DNA of 64,000 nt from the human T2T-CHM13v2.0 reference genome, Homo sapiens, in assembly GCF_009914755.1 (NCBI RefSeq), contig NC_060929.1; one strand, written 5' to 3'. The position numbers were made by a program, and so were the translations under genes. Below, in pieces: positions 14,650 through 34,095 of this stretch. Below the pieces are notes generated by a model. It saw only the letters and a program-made list of their open reading frames with translations, made no database searches and was not told where the DNA came from. How positions within the stretch are numbered: the stretch's first letter is position 1; the number at the start of each line of letters is the position of its first letter.

Positions 14650-14806
14650 AGTTTATTTTCTTAGGCCTCTGCTGACAGTGAACTGACCGATACCATGAAG
14701 TTCCTGAAATATTGCAAGAAAGAAGTCTTCTCATCTTTTCCTGGCACAGCAGATTCTTTATACCTCTCTAAAAGCTGCCCAGGGATTCCCATTCAAAGCC
14801 TCTTGA

Positions 14807-15114
<308 letters not shown>

Positions 15115-15605
15115 GATTTTTTTTTTTATGCACATGACACTGGAGAAATCAGAGAGAATTTTCCAGAAGTAGGGACTTCTTGCCAGAGATCAATAACCCC
15201 TAAAAGGTAAATTCTTTGAGGATACATCCATGCCTTATTTATTTTTGTATTACTGCAATATTGGACCATGCCTGATACATAGCAAGTCTTGAATAAATAA
15301 CAGGATGAGTAATGAAATGTGGCGCTAAGACTCAAACTCTGGTTTGTCCAGTGAACAGAGCAATATTAATCTGGCATCTCACAACAGGTAGTAGGTTAAT
15401 CGTTTGTTCCCCCAGAAGACACAAACTTGGTGCATCTTATTTGTAACCAGCACGTAGACAGCCCCAGGCACAGAATTGGACAATAATAAACTGTCTGTTG
15501 GATAAATGTATCAATGAATGAATAAATGCATAGGATGTAAAACTTTCACCTCATTAAGTGAATATTAATGAATTGAAAAAGCAATGTGTGCACCTATGTT
15601 GTTAG

Positions 15606-15920
<315 letters not shown>

Positions 15921-16099
15921 CCAGATTTCGTTTTTAAAAAATCTATAAACTTCCTGGGGTGAAGAAGCAAATACCAACATCTCATCTGACTTTCATTCTG
16001 CCACTGAATGGACCTCACAACCCTGACTCCACAGTCAACAGGAAGATAATTTGCCACCCACCTCCTGGAACCATAGCTGTTCCTCTAGAAATGAAGATG

Positions 16100-16352
16100 G
16101 ATTCACAGATACGATTACACATAGGTGAAGTTCTGGAACAGGTAAAACTAATTGATGGTGACAGAAATCGCAACAGTGGTTTCCTTCTTGGTAGAACTCA
16201 TTGGAAAGGGGCACGAGGGAACTTTCTGGGGTGTTGAAACGTTGTTTAACTTAATTTGGGTGGTGGTTTACATATGTGTATACAATTGTCAAACCCCCTT
16301 GAATCACAAAGATCTCTACATTTCATAATATTTAAATTATACTTCAATTAAA
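16100..16352 (+). mobile_element. Old L1M 3' UTR fragment
   Basis: AAAACTAATTGATGGTGACAGAAATC...AAGGGGCACGAGGGAACTTTCTGGGGTG...TTATACTTCAATTAAA. Confidence 0.75.
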
Positions 16353-16687
16353 TTAGTGGACAGTGCTGAGATGAGCACGATAAAGCCCATTTCTTTCCAA
16401 ACACACTTGTTCCCTGTTACATATTAATTTATGCCTGACCCAATGCCCAGTGAGCTCCCCTTCACAATGGCACCGATGTAGAGGGATGACAAATTCTCAG
16501 GTTGGTTTAGATTACAACAGTGGGCAGAATAAATGTTATTTCTCCAAAAAAAGTGATGGGCTTGGACCTTGCCTCAAGTTATGGACCTCAATCTCTCAGA
16601 AATCCAAGGCCCAGATGAATCACGGCATTTTTCCTAAGGCCACACAGTCAACCAGTAGTACAGCTGGGTCTAAAACTTAGACCAGCT

Positions 16688-16830
16688 CCCTTTCCCCTTC
16701 CCTACATTTAGTCTTTCTCCTCTCCTCTCCTCTCCTTTCTCTCTTTCTCTTTCTCTCTCTCTTTCTTTCTTTCTTCTCCCTCCCTCCCTCTCTTCCTTCC
16801 TTCTCTCTCTTTGTCTGTCTCTCTCTCTCT
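16688..16830. repeat. CT-rich low-complexity tract in an Alu tail
   Basis: (CTCCT)n,(CTTT)n,(CT)n. Confidence 0.9.
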
Positions 16831-17115
<285 letters not shown>

Positions 17116-18111
17116 AAGTCCAGTTTTCTTTCCATCGTAGTATGTGGAGTAGAAAAGAGACTTCCCTCAGACCAACCTTTGTTCCCAACCTTGATCTATC
17201 AGGTATTACCTGTATGAACTCAAAATAATGTACGTACTGCCCCATGCCTCAGTCTCCACATCTATAAAATGGAGATACTGTGTTTACCTGTGGTTGAGAC
17301 TAAATGAAATAAAGTCTGTCAATACCAGGTGCTTACTGACTGGCGGCCCCTTCTCCTTCTGGCCCTATTCATTGCTAATTCTCCTGCCCGGCCTCTTCCT
17401 TTGAATGCTTTTCATGACTAATTCTCCATATTTCCTCCCTATACTCAGCCCCTTGGTATGTTTATTCGCAAGGTTATAATACGATGAATCAGCTCTTTAA
17501 ATAAATATTTTTCTTCGTGAGAATTAATAACCCTAAGTGTTTAAGGCGAGTTTTTAAAAATTCCCTAAGTCTCTTTTTCCCCATCCCCAGCAAACTCTTG
17601 ATCCAATAAGAAAACAAACCTCATAAATAGGATAAACTGCAGCATATTGCAAAGAAACCGGATACTTTTTTTTTTTAAAGAAAATACGTGAAAAGGTAAA
17701 AAGACTTCAACTTCTCGTAGACTTTCTGTCATCTTTGGCAAATTATATTACTTTCCTGTGCCTATTTAAGAACCTCTCAAAATAAAAATGGCTGTTTCTC
17801 TTGCAAAGTTGTGAAACGAAGTAGAAATAATTAGTACTTTATCTAAATACATTTTAGGACGTTTGAGGTCCTAGCATCAGACTCTCATCTGGTTCCTCAG
17901 ATCACCCTGAGGACATTTCAATACTGAGGGTCTGAAATTTGAAGGGGACAAATGAGTGCTTTGCTGCTTGGACCAGTGACACATTCATTTTGTTGCCTTG
18001 TCCCATCAGAAACCCCTTCTCTTCTGCTGTGCACCACTATGTTTTTGCCTCTCTCCTGGTCAGTTCCAACGCTGGCAACAGCTCCTGAGAGAGTTGACCA
18101 GGCAACTATTA

Positions 18112-18448
<337 letters not shown>

Positions 18449-19358
18449 AGTGATTGATATAGCCACTGCCTTCTCTTCTCACCATGCAAAGCCTAGACAT
18501 TGCCAAGAAGTGCGTGGTCATGACGCAAGTCCAGCAAGCACTATGTCTGGCAGAGAAAGCCACCCAAGAGTCACCCCTCCTGTGACCCCTGAGAATCCTC
18601 AGTGTTGGCTGCTGTCATGGCTCTGACCCACAATGATCTGATTTGCTGAGTAAAGATGGGGCTTAGAGAACGTGCAGCATTCCGGCAGCAGGCACATCGA
18701 TGGCTGCTGGTTTTTATTTCGTGATAGAGCCTACTGGCTCTTAGAAGGCCAACACTGCACACAGGAAGACACAAAACAAACACACTCATCAAATCCTTGC
18801 TAGTCAGGCTGAGCTGAAAAACAAACTTCGAATTTTCTCCCTTAAACGGGACTGAACTTGACTGGGGCACTTGAACGTTTCCTTGGAAATGTCAAACAGC
18901 AAAACTCCGTTCTTTCTGGGTACATCTTTTAAACTCTGTCCCTCCGGGGAAGACCTTGGAGATTTATGCTACTCACACACTTAGGCTTAAAAAAAAAAAA
19001 TCACATCCTGTAGATTCTAGCTGAGGTTCTCAGTTTAGTCTTTAGCACAGTTTTTTCTTTAATCACATGGGAAGAGAATTTGGCTTAAGGGCTCCGTTTT
19101 TCCAGGAAGACACAATAATTATTGGGCTGTGCGTAGCACAAACTGAGTCTCGGGTTGAAGCTGGTATTGAGATGAGCTTTAGAAATTCTATATCCAACAT
19201 AATTTTATATATTTGCTTTAGTTCGCATAGCAAGGAAATGGTATTTGGTAAGGAGTTCAGTTCACAGAGCCACGTGATGGCTGACTAGGGGGTCAAAGCT
19301 GGAGCTCCAGTTTTCCAGTTTGGTGTCTTTTGCACAGAGCACAGATTTTGTATTTTAA

Positions 19359-20410
<1,052 letters not shown>

Positions 20411-21626
20411 AGCAATTGTGCCTTTTAATCTGCTTTGCTTCCCTAATGCAGATCTTGGTCATGTTTCCTAGATGCCCATTTGACTGCCTTAACTCATGGC
20501 CAATAAAGTGGGGTCAGTGTTGAAAGCAAACCAGCAACTCCAATTGTTGCTGGCAGCAACTCCCTGCCCAGCTCTATCCTCCATCTGACTTTGCCTTTCT
20601 CCATCTCAGACTCTGGAGGCAGGAAGGCAGGGTAAGGCCAGAGATAGAAAAAGCATAGTTGCTGCTAGGGTAAATGTGGGGCAAGCACGGTTCATCGTAG
20701 TTCCCTTATAACAAAGGTAACAGTTGAGGATATTTATTGATTTGGTTCTCAATTGTATTCTCTAGATTAAAAAAATAAAAAGATTCGGTGAAAATCTCTT
20801 TCAGTTAGTTCTCTAGAAAACTTTTGGGTTTATGATGAGCAAAAAATAGGTACTTGGTTTCATTTGCACAGGCTTTGCCAAACTTTAATTGAATTCAGAG
20901 AGTTCTACAAATTGGGCAATGAATAATAATAATAATAAAAAAAGGCAGCTTCTGGCTTATTGTGGTATTCTGTTTAGCTCTATTAGCTGTCATTAGTAGT
21001 GAAGGAATAGAGGAATGGGACCTAACTTTATGGAGTGGCTTAGGTGGAGTTAGGGGAACACTGGGCAGGGTTGAGGACAAAGGAGGAGAATCCTGAAAAC
21101 GAGCATGTTGCAAAGTCTACTTGCCCTTTAAGAGCTTCCTCTTCCACATTCCCGGAACCTGAGTTCAAAACTTTCTTTTCCTAAGACTTGAGGTTGCATC
21201 TCAGGAGGAATATGAGTCTTTCTTCCCAAACCTTTGCTTTATAATCAAATCGACTGAAACCTATAAATAAAGGTTAGTGTGGGTGGAGAGGGTACACTTA
21301 GGGAAATTCATTTTCTGGCATCACAGAATTATCTTAAATAATGTATAAGGAACCATTGGCTGTAGAGCTGTTATTGAACAATAACAGCAATATGCTCAGA
21401 GCACGATGCTGAGCTATATATGTTAATAACAAAGCTAACAAAAAGAAAGACGGCACTTGGTCCTATTTCATTTGCCAACTGGGAAATGAAATCATCAACA
21501 TGCTTTATAAGTGGTTGGCTAGTTTTCATCATTTATATGTCAAATTTAAAAAAGGAAAACCGAGTTTTGAAGTATATTTTATAGACATTCTTCAGTAAAT
21601 TTCACTTTTTACAAAACGGTATAGTT

Positions 21627-21946
<320 letters not shown>

Positions 21947-22975
21947 TCAAATCTTGGTGTTTGCAGGGAGGGCTTGGTTTAAAACTCATTTTCCCTTGTA
22001 AGATATTTGCATATTCTAAATTAAAGATTACTCTGCTGCCTTTTTAGTACTAGGAAAAACAGAAGCCCTCTTGTGGTCAGATTAAAAAATACAAGCTGTG
22101 TTCCGTGAATCAGTTTCAGGGCTTAGTTTTAGCTAGACTAAGCCTCACTCAAACTGATTTTTACCAATGTTTTACCATTAGGAAAAATATAACACACATA
22201 AAAGAAGCAGTGTTTTAACATATACTCTGAAAGAATTGAGACTCTAAAAAGAAACAGATTAATTTTAACTGTAGCGGAAGCCGAATGACAATCACATCAT
22301 ATAGCTTTTGTAACTGTCCTCTTCCTGCTGTGACTTTATTGTGGGATTTTAAAATTAGGTGTGGCATCATAGTGTGATGATAATTACACAGCTTGGCTCG
22401 TTAAGGCCATAAAACATTGTGGATTTGAAAAGCAGTACACTCCTGTAGTTAGAACACAGGGGGCTGGGATCAGAACTGGTTTGGTTTGCACAAAATCAAT
22501 TATTTCTCTCCTTGTGTCTCCTGCATTTACTTCTGGAGTTAAGAAATGGGTGTTTGGCCAACGCTTCTTTCTTCACTGGGCTCTGAGAAGCCTGTTCTTC
22601 GGTTTTCTACTCAAGCTGCTATCTGTAGGCCTGGCTTTGCTAAGCAACTCTTTCTTTTCCTAAAGATCTTTTGTTTTAGGGTATACTTTTCTGTTTTAAG
22701 GACATAATTATAGATTTGCAAGAAGTTGCAAAAAAAAAAAATGTACAGGGAGATCCAACATACCCGTCACCCAGCCTTGTCTGATGGTCATGTCCATATA
22801 ACCAGACACATTATAGAAATTAGGAACCTGATATTGGTACAATCCATAGAGATTTAATTGCATTTACTAGCTTTACAAACACTCATTTGTGTGTGTGTGT
22901 GTGTATAAAGTTCTGTGCAATTTTGTCACATGTATACATTCATGTACCTGTAACTACAGTCAGATACAGAATTGT

Positions 22976-23271
22976 GGCCTGACACAGTAGCTCACATGTG
23001 TAATCCCAGCACTGCAGGAGGCTGAGGCAGGAGGACCGCTTGAGGCCAGGAGTTTGAGACCAGCCTGGGCAATATAGGGAGACCCTATCTCTACAAAAAA
23101 ATTAAAAAACTAGTCAGGTGTGATGGCAGCACCTATAGTCCTAGCTGCTCAGGAGGCTAAGGCGGGAGGATCACTTGGGCCTGGGAGATCAAGGCTGCAG
23201 TGAGCCATGATCACGCACTCACGCCACTGCACTCCAGCCTGGGTGACAGAGCAAGACCCTGTCTCAGAAAA
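22976..23271 (+). mobile_element. Alu (AluJ-like)
   Basis: TSD AGATACAGAATTGT (22962-22975, 23272-23285). Confidence 0.95.
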
Positions 23272-23594
23272 AGATACAGAATTGTGCCATTAGCCCAGGC
23301 TACCCCATTATGTCTACACCCAAGTTCTCTTCCTCCCACTCCTACCTGTGGCAATCATGAATCTGTTTTCTATCGCTATAGTTCGGTTATTGTAAAATGT
23401 TATATAAATGGAATCATAACTTGTTGAGATGGACTTTTTTTTCACTCAGCATAATTCCCTTGAGATCCATTCAAGTTGTTGTCTATTCCATGGTATGGCT
23501 AGACCACAGTGTGTCTAACCATTTGCCCACTGAGGGACATTTGGCTTGTTTTCAGTTGTTTAGGTCTTGGGAATAAGAGCTACTATGAATATTC

Positions 23595-23918
<324 letters not shown>

Positions 23919-24020
23919 TAAATTACAAAGTGTTGATAAAATAAATTAAAGAAGACCTAATAACTTTTTTTAAAAAAGAGAACTACATTTCTTCAGCATC
24001 AAGTCGTATTAGTTAATCTA

Positions 24021-24425
<405 letters not shown>

Positions 24426-24587
24426 TTACCCTTTTATTATATGGCAAGATTTATTATCGTTTATTGGTGTGGTTTAAATACTCAGATATGGACAAATAAT
24501 GTAGAGCTTTTATCCTTGTCATTGTCCCCTTCCCTAAAGTGCTGTCTTAGGAATCAGTGGTTTTCTAGGAGTGAGGTGTGTCCTTAT

Positions 24588-25250
24588 TCAACATGGTCCA
24601 ACAGGTAGCCACTAGCCACCTGTGGCTATCGAGCCTGCAGCATCTTTGAGATGCGCTGTAAGTGTAAAATACAAACCAGGTTGGAAGTCTTAATATGAAA
24701 GAATGTAAAATATGTCACTATATTTTTATATTTGTTACATATTGATATTACTGGCCAGGTACAGTGGCTCACATCTGCAGTCTCATCACTTTGGGAGGCC
24801 AAGGTGGGAGGATCACTTGAAGTCAGGAGTTGGAGATGAGCCTGGGCAACACTGTGAGACCCTATCTCTAAAAAATATATATAATAAAGAAAATGTATTA
24901 ACTGGGCCATGGTGGTGGGCTCCTGTGGTCCCATCTACTTAGGAGGCTGAGACAGGACGATTGCTTGAGCCCAGGAGTGAGCTATGATCATGCCACTGCA
25001 TTCTAGCCTGGATGACAGACAACATCTTGTCTCTAAACAAAACAAACAAAGCAAAAAAAGGAAAAATGAAATTATATTACTCTGGCTATATTGGGTTAAA
25101 TAAAATATATTATTAAAATTAATTTTATCCAGAAAGAAAGAAAAACAAGAAAAAAGAAAATTTCATCCACTTTTTTTTTTACTTAATGTCACTAGTAGAA
25201 AATTAAAATTATGTTATGTGGCTTGTATTACTTTTCCATGAGAAAGTGAT
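24588..25250 (-). mobile_element. MER33-like hAT DNA transposon interrupted by Alu
   Basis: GGTAGCCACTAGCCACCTGTGGCTA...GCTGTAAGTGTAAAATACA...TATATTGGGTTAAATAAAATATATTATTAAAATTAATTT. Confidence 0.8.
24753..25060 (+). mobile_element. Alu (AluJ-like)
   Basis: Diverged dimer with right-arm deletion. Confidence 0.9.
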
Positions 25251-25385
25251 GCCCAGTAAGGAAATGAAATTATAGAGCAGCTAAGTGACTTGCCCAGAGT
25301 CACACTGTAAATATTTTACGTTATGTGATCTGTTTATGCTTGCTTTTATTCCAATGACTACTAATTGGCCACATGTCAATGTCAT

Positions 25386-25793
25386 TTTCTTAGTCCATTT
25401 TGTGCTGCTGTAAGAGAATAGTTGAGACCGGGTAACTTATAAAGAATAGATATTTATTCTCTCACAGTTCTGGAGGCTGGGAAGTCCAGGATTAAGGCAC
25501 TGGCAGCTTAGGGCCCTGTCTCTCTGCTGCCAAGATGGTGTCTCCAATGCTGCATCCCGTGGAGGGGAGAAACTCCAGGTCCTCACATGGCAGAAAAGCA
25601 GAAGAGCGAACCCACGCTCGTGAGCATTATTTATAGTGACATTAATTCATTCATGAGGGCAGAGCCTCAGGACCTACACAACTTCCCACAGGCCCCACCT
25701 CCCAACACTGATGCACTGGGGATTCGGTTTCAACATGCGTTTCGGAGGCCATGACTGCCATGGTTTGGAGCCAAAAACAGCCAAACCATAGCA
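25386..25793 (-). mobile_element. MaLR solo LTR, MST (MSTB/MSTD-like)
   Basis: TCTTAGTCCATTTTGTGCTGCTG...CAAACCATAGCA; perfect TSD GTCAT (25381-25385, 25794-25798). Confidence 0.88.
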
Positions 25794-26139
25794 GTCATGA
25801 CTTTGTGCTCAACTTGGGAAGGCAGGAAGAGATGCTTGTGTTTCTCCTGATGGAACAGTCGTGGATGGTCCACATGATTTTGGATGATGGATTCCATTTC
25901 AGGGTGCCACTGACGCTTTCCTTTTGTGTCTCCTGAACGCCATTGATGTATGGCCAACCTGAGGTCTGCTTGCTTTAGTACCTTTGCTCTATACTGATGT
26001 CTCAACTGGTACAGATATGCTGACATCGCCTTCTACCTTCCACTTTTCTCTCATATCTATTGTCAGTCTTGAAAGCAGATACTAGAAGCTGTGCTTTTAA
26101 AAACATTTCAGAATTTGTATTATGTCCTAAATAAGTCCA

Positions 26140-26370
26140 GCTAATAATGGCTAACATTGATTCAACATTATGTTAAATAGTGTACCGTGAATTACATAAC
26201 TTAGTTTTCACAGCAACCCAATAGGTTACCTACTAGCATGGCTCCATTTCATAGATGAGGAAACCGAAGCTTAGAGAGGTTGCAGAAATTGCCCAAGATG
26301 CACAGGCAGAAAGGGTGTTAAGTCAATATTCTAGTCCTTGCAATTGAATTCCTGCTCTTGATCATTATTA
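26140..26370 (-). mobile_element. MIR
   Basis: CCATTTCATAGATGAGGAAACCGAAGCTTAGAGAGGTT core. Confidence 0.75.
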
Positions 26371-26569
26371 TGTATTGCTTGTTCAGAGGGTGAATTGCTT
26401 AATGAGTCCTCTATTCACAATAGAAATTTTATGCAAAGATTAAGTACCTATATCCAAAACATCTCTGCAAAACCCATTAAGCCTAACCACTCACAAATTG
26501 CACAGAAATCACACAACATACACCACCTTGAAGGTGTTAGAGTCGATGCTTGGGGCTTATGGGCATTTC

Positions 26570-27189
<620 letters not shown>

Positions 27190-27310
27190 CCATTTCTTCA
27201 ATTCATTTCAGGCTGTATTCTTTTTAGGGGAAGATGTCTGTGCTTACATCCTCCCAGAACAATAACAAAGGGTTTTGCTTCACGATTCTTAAGTTCTAAA
27301 ATTTCTTTAA

Positions 27311-27603
<293 letters not shown>

Positions 27604-27750
27604 TAAAGTTTCTTTCATATTATCTGTAATTTATATGCTTACAAAAATGAACATGTATGTATGGAAAACTGGTGTTCCCAGTCCACCATTGGTACAAAAG
27701 TCTCGTATATCTTAGAATGATCAGAGTTGAAGGAGACTGGTTCTCTGCTG

Positions 27751-27959
27751 CAGGGGTTAGCAGACATTTTCTGTAAAGCACCGTAGAGTGAGTATTTCAG
27801 ACTTTGCAAGCAGTGACATGGTCTTTGTTGCAACTGTTCAACCCTGCCACCGTAGGTTGAAAGCAGCCATAGAAAATAATGAATGGGCATGGGGATGTAC
27901 AAATAAAACTTTATTTACAAAACTAAGGAGACATAGGAGACATAGTTTGTTTACCCTTG
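27751..27959 (+). mobile_element. MER58A-like hAT MITE
   Basis: CAGGGGTTAGCAGACATTTTCTGTAAAG...AATAAAACTTTATTTACAAAA...CATAGTTTGTTTACCCTTG. Confidence 0.8.
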
Positions 27960-27973
27960 TTTTAGTACAACCC

Positions 27974-28265
27974 TTTATTTATTTATTTATTTTTTTGAGA
28001 TGGAGTTTCGCTCTTGTTGCCCAGGCTGGAGTGCAGTGGTAGATCTCAGCTCACTGCAACCTCCGCCTCCCGGGTTCAAGTGATTCTCCTGCCTCAGCCT
28101 CCTGAGTAGCTGGGATTACAGGCATGTGCCACCACGCCTGGCTAATTTTGTAATTTTAATAGAGATGAGGTTTCTCCATGTTGGTCAGGCTGGTCTCGAA
28201 CTCCTGACCTCAGGTGATCCACCTGCCTTGGCCTCCCCCACGGGTGTTAGCCACCGTGCCCGGCC
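27974..28265 (-). mobile_element. Alu (AluSp/Sq-like)
   Basis: TSD GTAC(A/C)ACCCTTT. Confidence 0.95.
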
Positions 28266-28429
28266 TGTACCACCCTTTTTTTATAGTTCAAGAAAGAGGA
28301 CTGGATTAATCAGCTTGCCCAATTTAAGCCAAGAGCTTGTTGTAGAACAAGGTCCAGAAAACAGACTTCCTGGCAATCAGCATTTCTTCCTACTATGTAT
28401 ATGAATTCACATTTAAGTTCCTCCCCTGC

Positions 28430-28740
28430 CTCACTGTAAAAATTATAAAAATTACAAACATTCAAAAAGATGTAGAAAATAACATAAAAATCAGCTGCAT
28501 ACAGCCATCACTAAGCCTGAGGGAAAAAAATTTACAAATAAAATTGAAGCTTCTTGTGTACCTCGTCCCAATCCCTGCCCTCTCCCCATCCAAGGTAACC
28601 ATTATCCTGACTTGGACGTTTATTACACCCTTGCCAGGCTTCATCTTTTATAACATGTATATGTCTCCTGAAACAATGTGTAATGCTGTTTTACATATAT
28701 TAATGCAAATGGCATCAAACTATATGTATCCTTCATCACT
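28430..28740 (-). mobile_element. Old L1M(E) 3' fragment
   Basis: AAACATTCAAAAAGATGTAGA...GGTAACCATTATCCTGA...AAATGGCATCA. Confidence 0.6.
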
Positions 28741-28964
28741 CTCTCACAATAAAATGTAAACAATAATTTTAGAGGAATCTTTTTTTCCCAAAGCAAAAAG
28801 TTAGAGACCTAAATTACTATTAGCAGGAAAATGGATAAATAACATTAGAAAAATGGTCCAATTTTTCCCTAAAATTCTTGATTGGAAAGGGATTATTTAT
28901 TGAAAAGAGAATTGGAAACAAGATGCACATAGAATATTTTTTGAATCTAAAGCTACTTGTAAAG

Positions 28965-29349
<385 letters not shown>

Positions 29350-29530
29350 TAAAAGGAATGAAGATAATGGAAATATACTGACTGAAACTGCAGATGTTAC
29401 TTAATTAGTTGGAGTTGCTAATTCTCTGGACTAAGAACCAGTATAAATTTGAAAATTACCTTGATAAATTGGGAAATTGTTGTTGAAGGAAATAGAGTGG
29501 AGTAACACAAACCTGGTCAGTATAAAAAGA

Positions 29531-29664
29531 GGCCAGGTGCAGTGACTCATGCCTATATTCCCAGCACTTTGGGAGGCTGAGGCGGGAGGATCACTTGAGC
29601 CCAGGGGTTTGAGACCAGCCTGGGCAACATAGTGAGACCCCATCTCTATAATTAAAAAAAAAAA
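29531..29664 (+). mobile_element. Alu left monomer (FLAM-like)
   Basis: Single monomer plus A tail. Confidence 0.85.
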
Positions 29665-29681
29665 TTTAAAAATGTTAAACA

Positions 29682-30589
<908 letters not shown>

Positions 30590-30609
30590 TTAAGTATGAA
30601 AAGAGGTAG

Positions 30610-30936
30610 TGTTACAGACTGCATGTTTGTGTCCTCCCTTCTTGACCCCAATTCATATGTTGAAACCCTAATCCCCATTGTGATAGGAACTTTGGAAGGT
30701 GGTTAGGGTTACATGAGGTCATGAGGGGGGAGGCCTCATCATGGGATTAGTGCTCTTCTCAGTGAAGATACCAGTGTGCTGTCTACAAACCAGAAGAGAG
30801 CCCTCGCCAGACTCTAGACCTGCCAGTGCCTTGATCTTAGACTTCCCAGCCTTCAGAACAGTAAGAAATAAATGTCGTTGTTTAAGTCACCCAGTCTATG
30901 GTATTTTTATTACAGCAGCCTGAGATGACTAATACA
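30610..30936 (+). mobile_element. MaLR solo LTR, MLT1A-like
   Basis: TGTTACAGACTGCATGTTTGTGTCC...GAAATAAATGTCGTTGTTTAAGTCACCCAGTCTATGGTATT...GACTAATACA. Confidence 0.85.
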
Positions 30937-30947
30937 GATACTGTTAA

Positions 30948-31251
<304 letters not shown>

Positions 31252-31779
31252 AGATACTGTTAATTTCAATCCACAGATCGACACTGAGAAGTACACAGCG
31301 TGGCACTCAAGAGTGAGAATCCAGGGATCCAGTTGTAGATTAGAACCCAGTCTTCACCATTCACAGCCAGGATCATCTCAGGCCAGTTCCTGAACCTCTC
31401 CAAGCCTGGATCCTCTGCTATAAAATGCAGATGATGGTAGACTAACCGCAGAGGGCGGCTGTCAGCCATTAATACAGGGCAACAGTTAGATGCTGCTATT
31501 ACTGTTGTTGCTGAGATTATTACAAGTTTAGTGGCAAAATGACCTGGGTGCAGAGAACTCGGTTTACTAAATGAATACTCCTCAGAAATGTAGCAATTCT
31601 GTGGGAAAAAGCCAGCATGGTACTGAGATGTCGGAAGTATAACGGGCGCAGTTTAGGAAATCATTCTCCTTTGTGTATTCTTTCTCTAATCCACCTTAGT
31701 CCAAGCCTCACTAGAAAATGCATTTTGGGGGTTTGTTTCCGCTGTTAAAAAATATTGTAAAGAAATAGGAGGCACACAA

Positions 31780-31995
31780 ATGTTTTAAACGATGACGGTT
31801 GGTTCTATAAGAAAAGGTTCAAGGGTTTGGGGGTGTTTGGTCAGGAGAAAAGTAGACTGAGGGGGTTTAATGACAATCTTTAGGTAAATGACAAGTTTTA
31901 ATGTGGGGAATGTGCACTAGTTTTTCATCAGTTTTGTGGAGGACCAAATTAGTGGACATAGACTTAAATTAAAGAGGAGGATTTCACATCTGTAA
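31780..31995 (+). mobile_element. CR1/L3 LINE remnant
   Basis: GAAAAGGTTCAAGGGTTTGGGGGTGTTTGGTCAGGAGAAAAGTAGACTGAGGGGG resembles the CR1 ORF2 'LGLFSLEKRRLRG' region. Confidence 0.55.
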
Positions 31996-32117
31996 CAAGC
32001 TCCCAAAAATCATAACGAGAAACTGCTGCAGGGAGCTGCCAAGTGGGAAGGAGAGCTGGCATCCAGAGGGCTGAAGAAAAACACAAATGAAAATATGTCA
32101 TTAAGATACTTTTTCTT

Positions 32118-32255
32118 GGCCTGGTGCAGTGGCTCATGTCTGTAATCCTAGCACTTTGGGAGGCCAAGGCAGGAGGATCACTTGAGCCCAAGATTTCAAG
32201 ACCAAGCTGGGCAACATAGTGAGACCCTTGTCTTTATTTTTTAAAAAATATATAT
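32118..32255 (+). mobile_element. Alu left monomer (FLAM-like)
   Basis: Single monomer. Confidence 0.85.
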
Positions 32256-32261
32256 TTTTTA

Positions 32262-32630
<369 letters not shown>

Positions 32631-33166
32631 TCATTTATTCTTTGGATCTAATTCTAGGCAAAAAATGTAAAAGTGCTCTAAATAGTCATGCAATTTAAAA
32701 ATTTTCAGTGTAAACAAAACAAACGGATCTTTCTCACTGACGTCTAGGACATTTATCAAGTTTCGCTCTTCCTGGAGCCGTTTCCTACTGGCCTCTGGTT
32801 TCTTGGTTCCATTAGAGGGCTGGGGTTCCTAACTTTCTAACTATGTCTGCCCATGGATGTTTGTAATTCACCAGCTGCATTTTCTCCTTGACTGTGTTCC
32901 TCATATCCTCACTCAAGGCCACCTGTCTCCTTCCTCCAGGGTCTGAATTCCAGAAGCTGCACGTGTTTGCTTCCTCTTTTATTATTGCTACTTACAGCAT
33001 CTAGAATGAAGTCACGCCCTGACAGCTTCTATGAGGATCGCCTCCTGCCACATGCATTTACAGTTCATAATGGAGTTGAAGCTTTTTACATTTTGTAATT
33101 CATATGTGCACATTCCTGAGAAGTATTTCCAAGGTATGTTTTTGCCTATGAAAATGTATATGCTCA

Positions 33167-33460
<294 letters not shown>

Positions 33461-33562
33461 GAAAATGTATACACTCAGTCTTCTGACATGACAAAAATAT
33501 AACAAGTTTATCCTAAAATTATAACTTTTAAGTCTGGAATAGTAGGGCATGGCATGGGATAC

Positions 33563-33670
33563 ACAAGGGTTTGGCCAACCACTGCCCATGGGTTAAATCT
33601 GGCCCTCCATCTGTTTTTGTACAGCCTGTGGGCTAAGAATGGCTTTTACATTTTCAAATATTTGAAAAAC
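33563..33670 (+). mobile_element. MER58B-like fragment
   Basis: CTGTTTTTGTACAGCCTGTGGGCTAAGAATGGCTTTTACATTTT. Confidence 0.65.
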
Positions 33671-33674
33671 ACCG

Positions 33675-33891
33675 AGTCTGGGAAACATAGGGAGACTCTG
33701 TCTCTACAAAAAAAAAAAAAAAAAAAAAAAGCTAAGGGTGGCGGTGCACACCTATGGTCCTAGCTACTTGGGAGGCTGAGGAAGGAGGACTGCTTGAGCT
33801 CAGGAGGTCAAGGCTGCTGTGAGCCGTGACGGTTGAGCTGCATTTCAGCCTGGGCAACAGAGTGAGACTCAGCTTGAAAAATGAAATAAAA
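33675..33891 (+). mobile_element. 5'-truncated AluJ-like
   Basis: End of left arm, linker and right arm. Confidence 0.85.
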
Positions 33892-34095
33892 TGAAGGAAA
33901 ACCAAAAGCAGGAAGCAGCACTTTCAGTTGGTACCTTCAGTTTTCCTGCTCTTTCAAGCCATGGGAGAAACAAAACCACATGGCAAAAGTCAGAGAAAAA
34001 GCATATAAAGAAGTGCAGGGGAAAACTCTGTCTTATTTCTGAGAAGAAGGTATTATGTCCAGGAGTAGAAATTCACATTAGGAGACTTCAATAAG

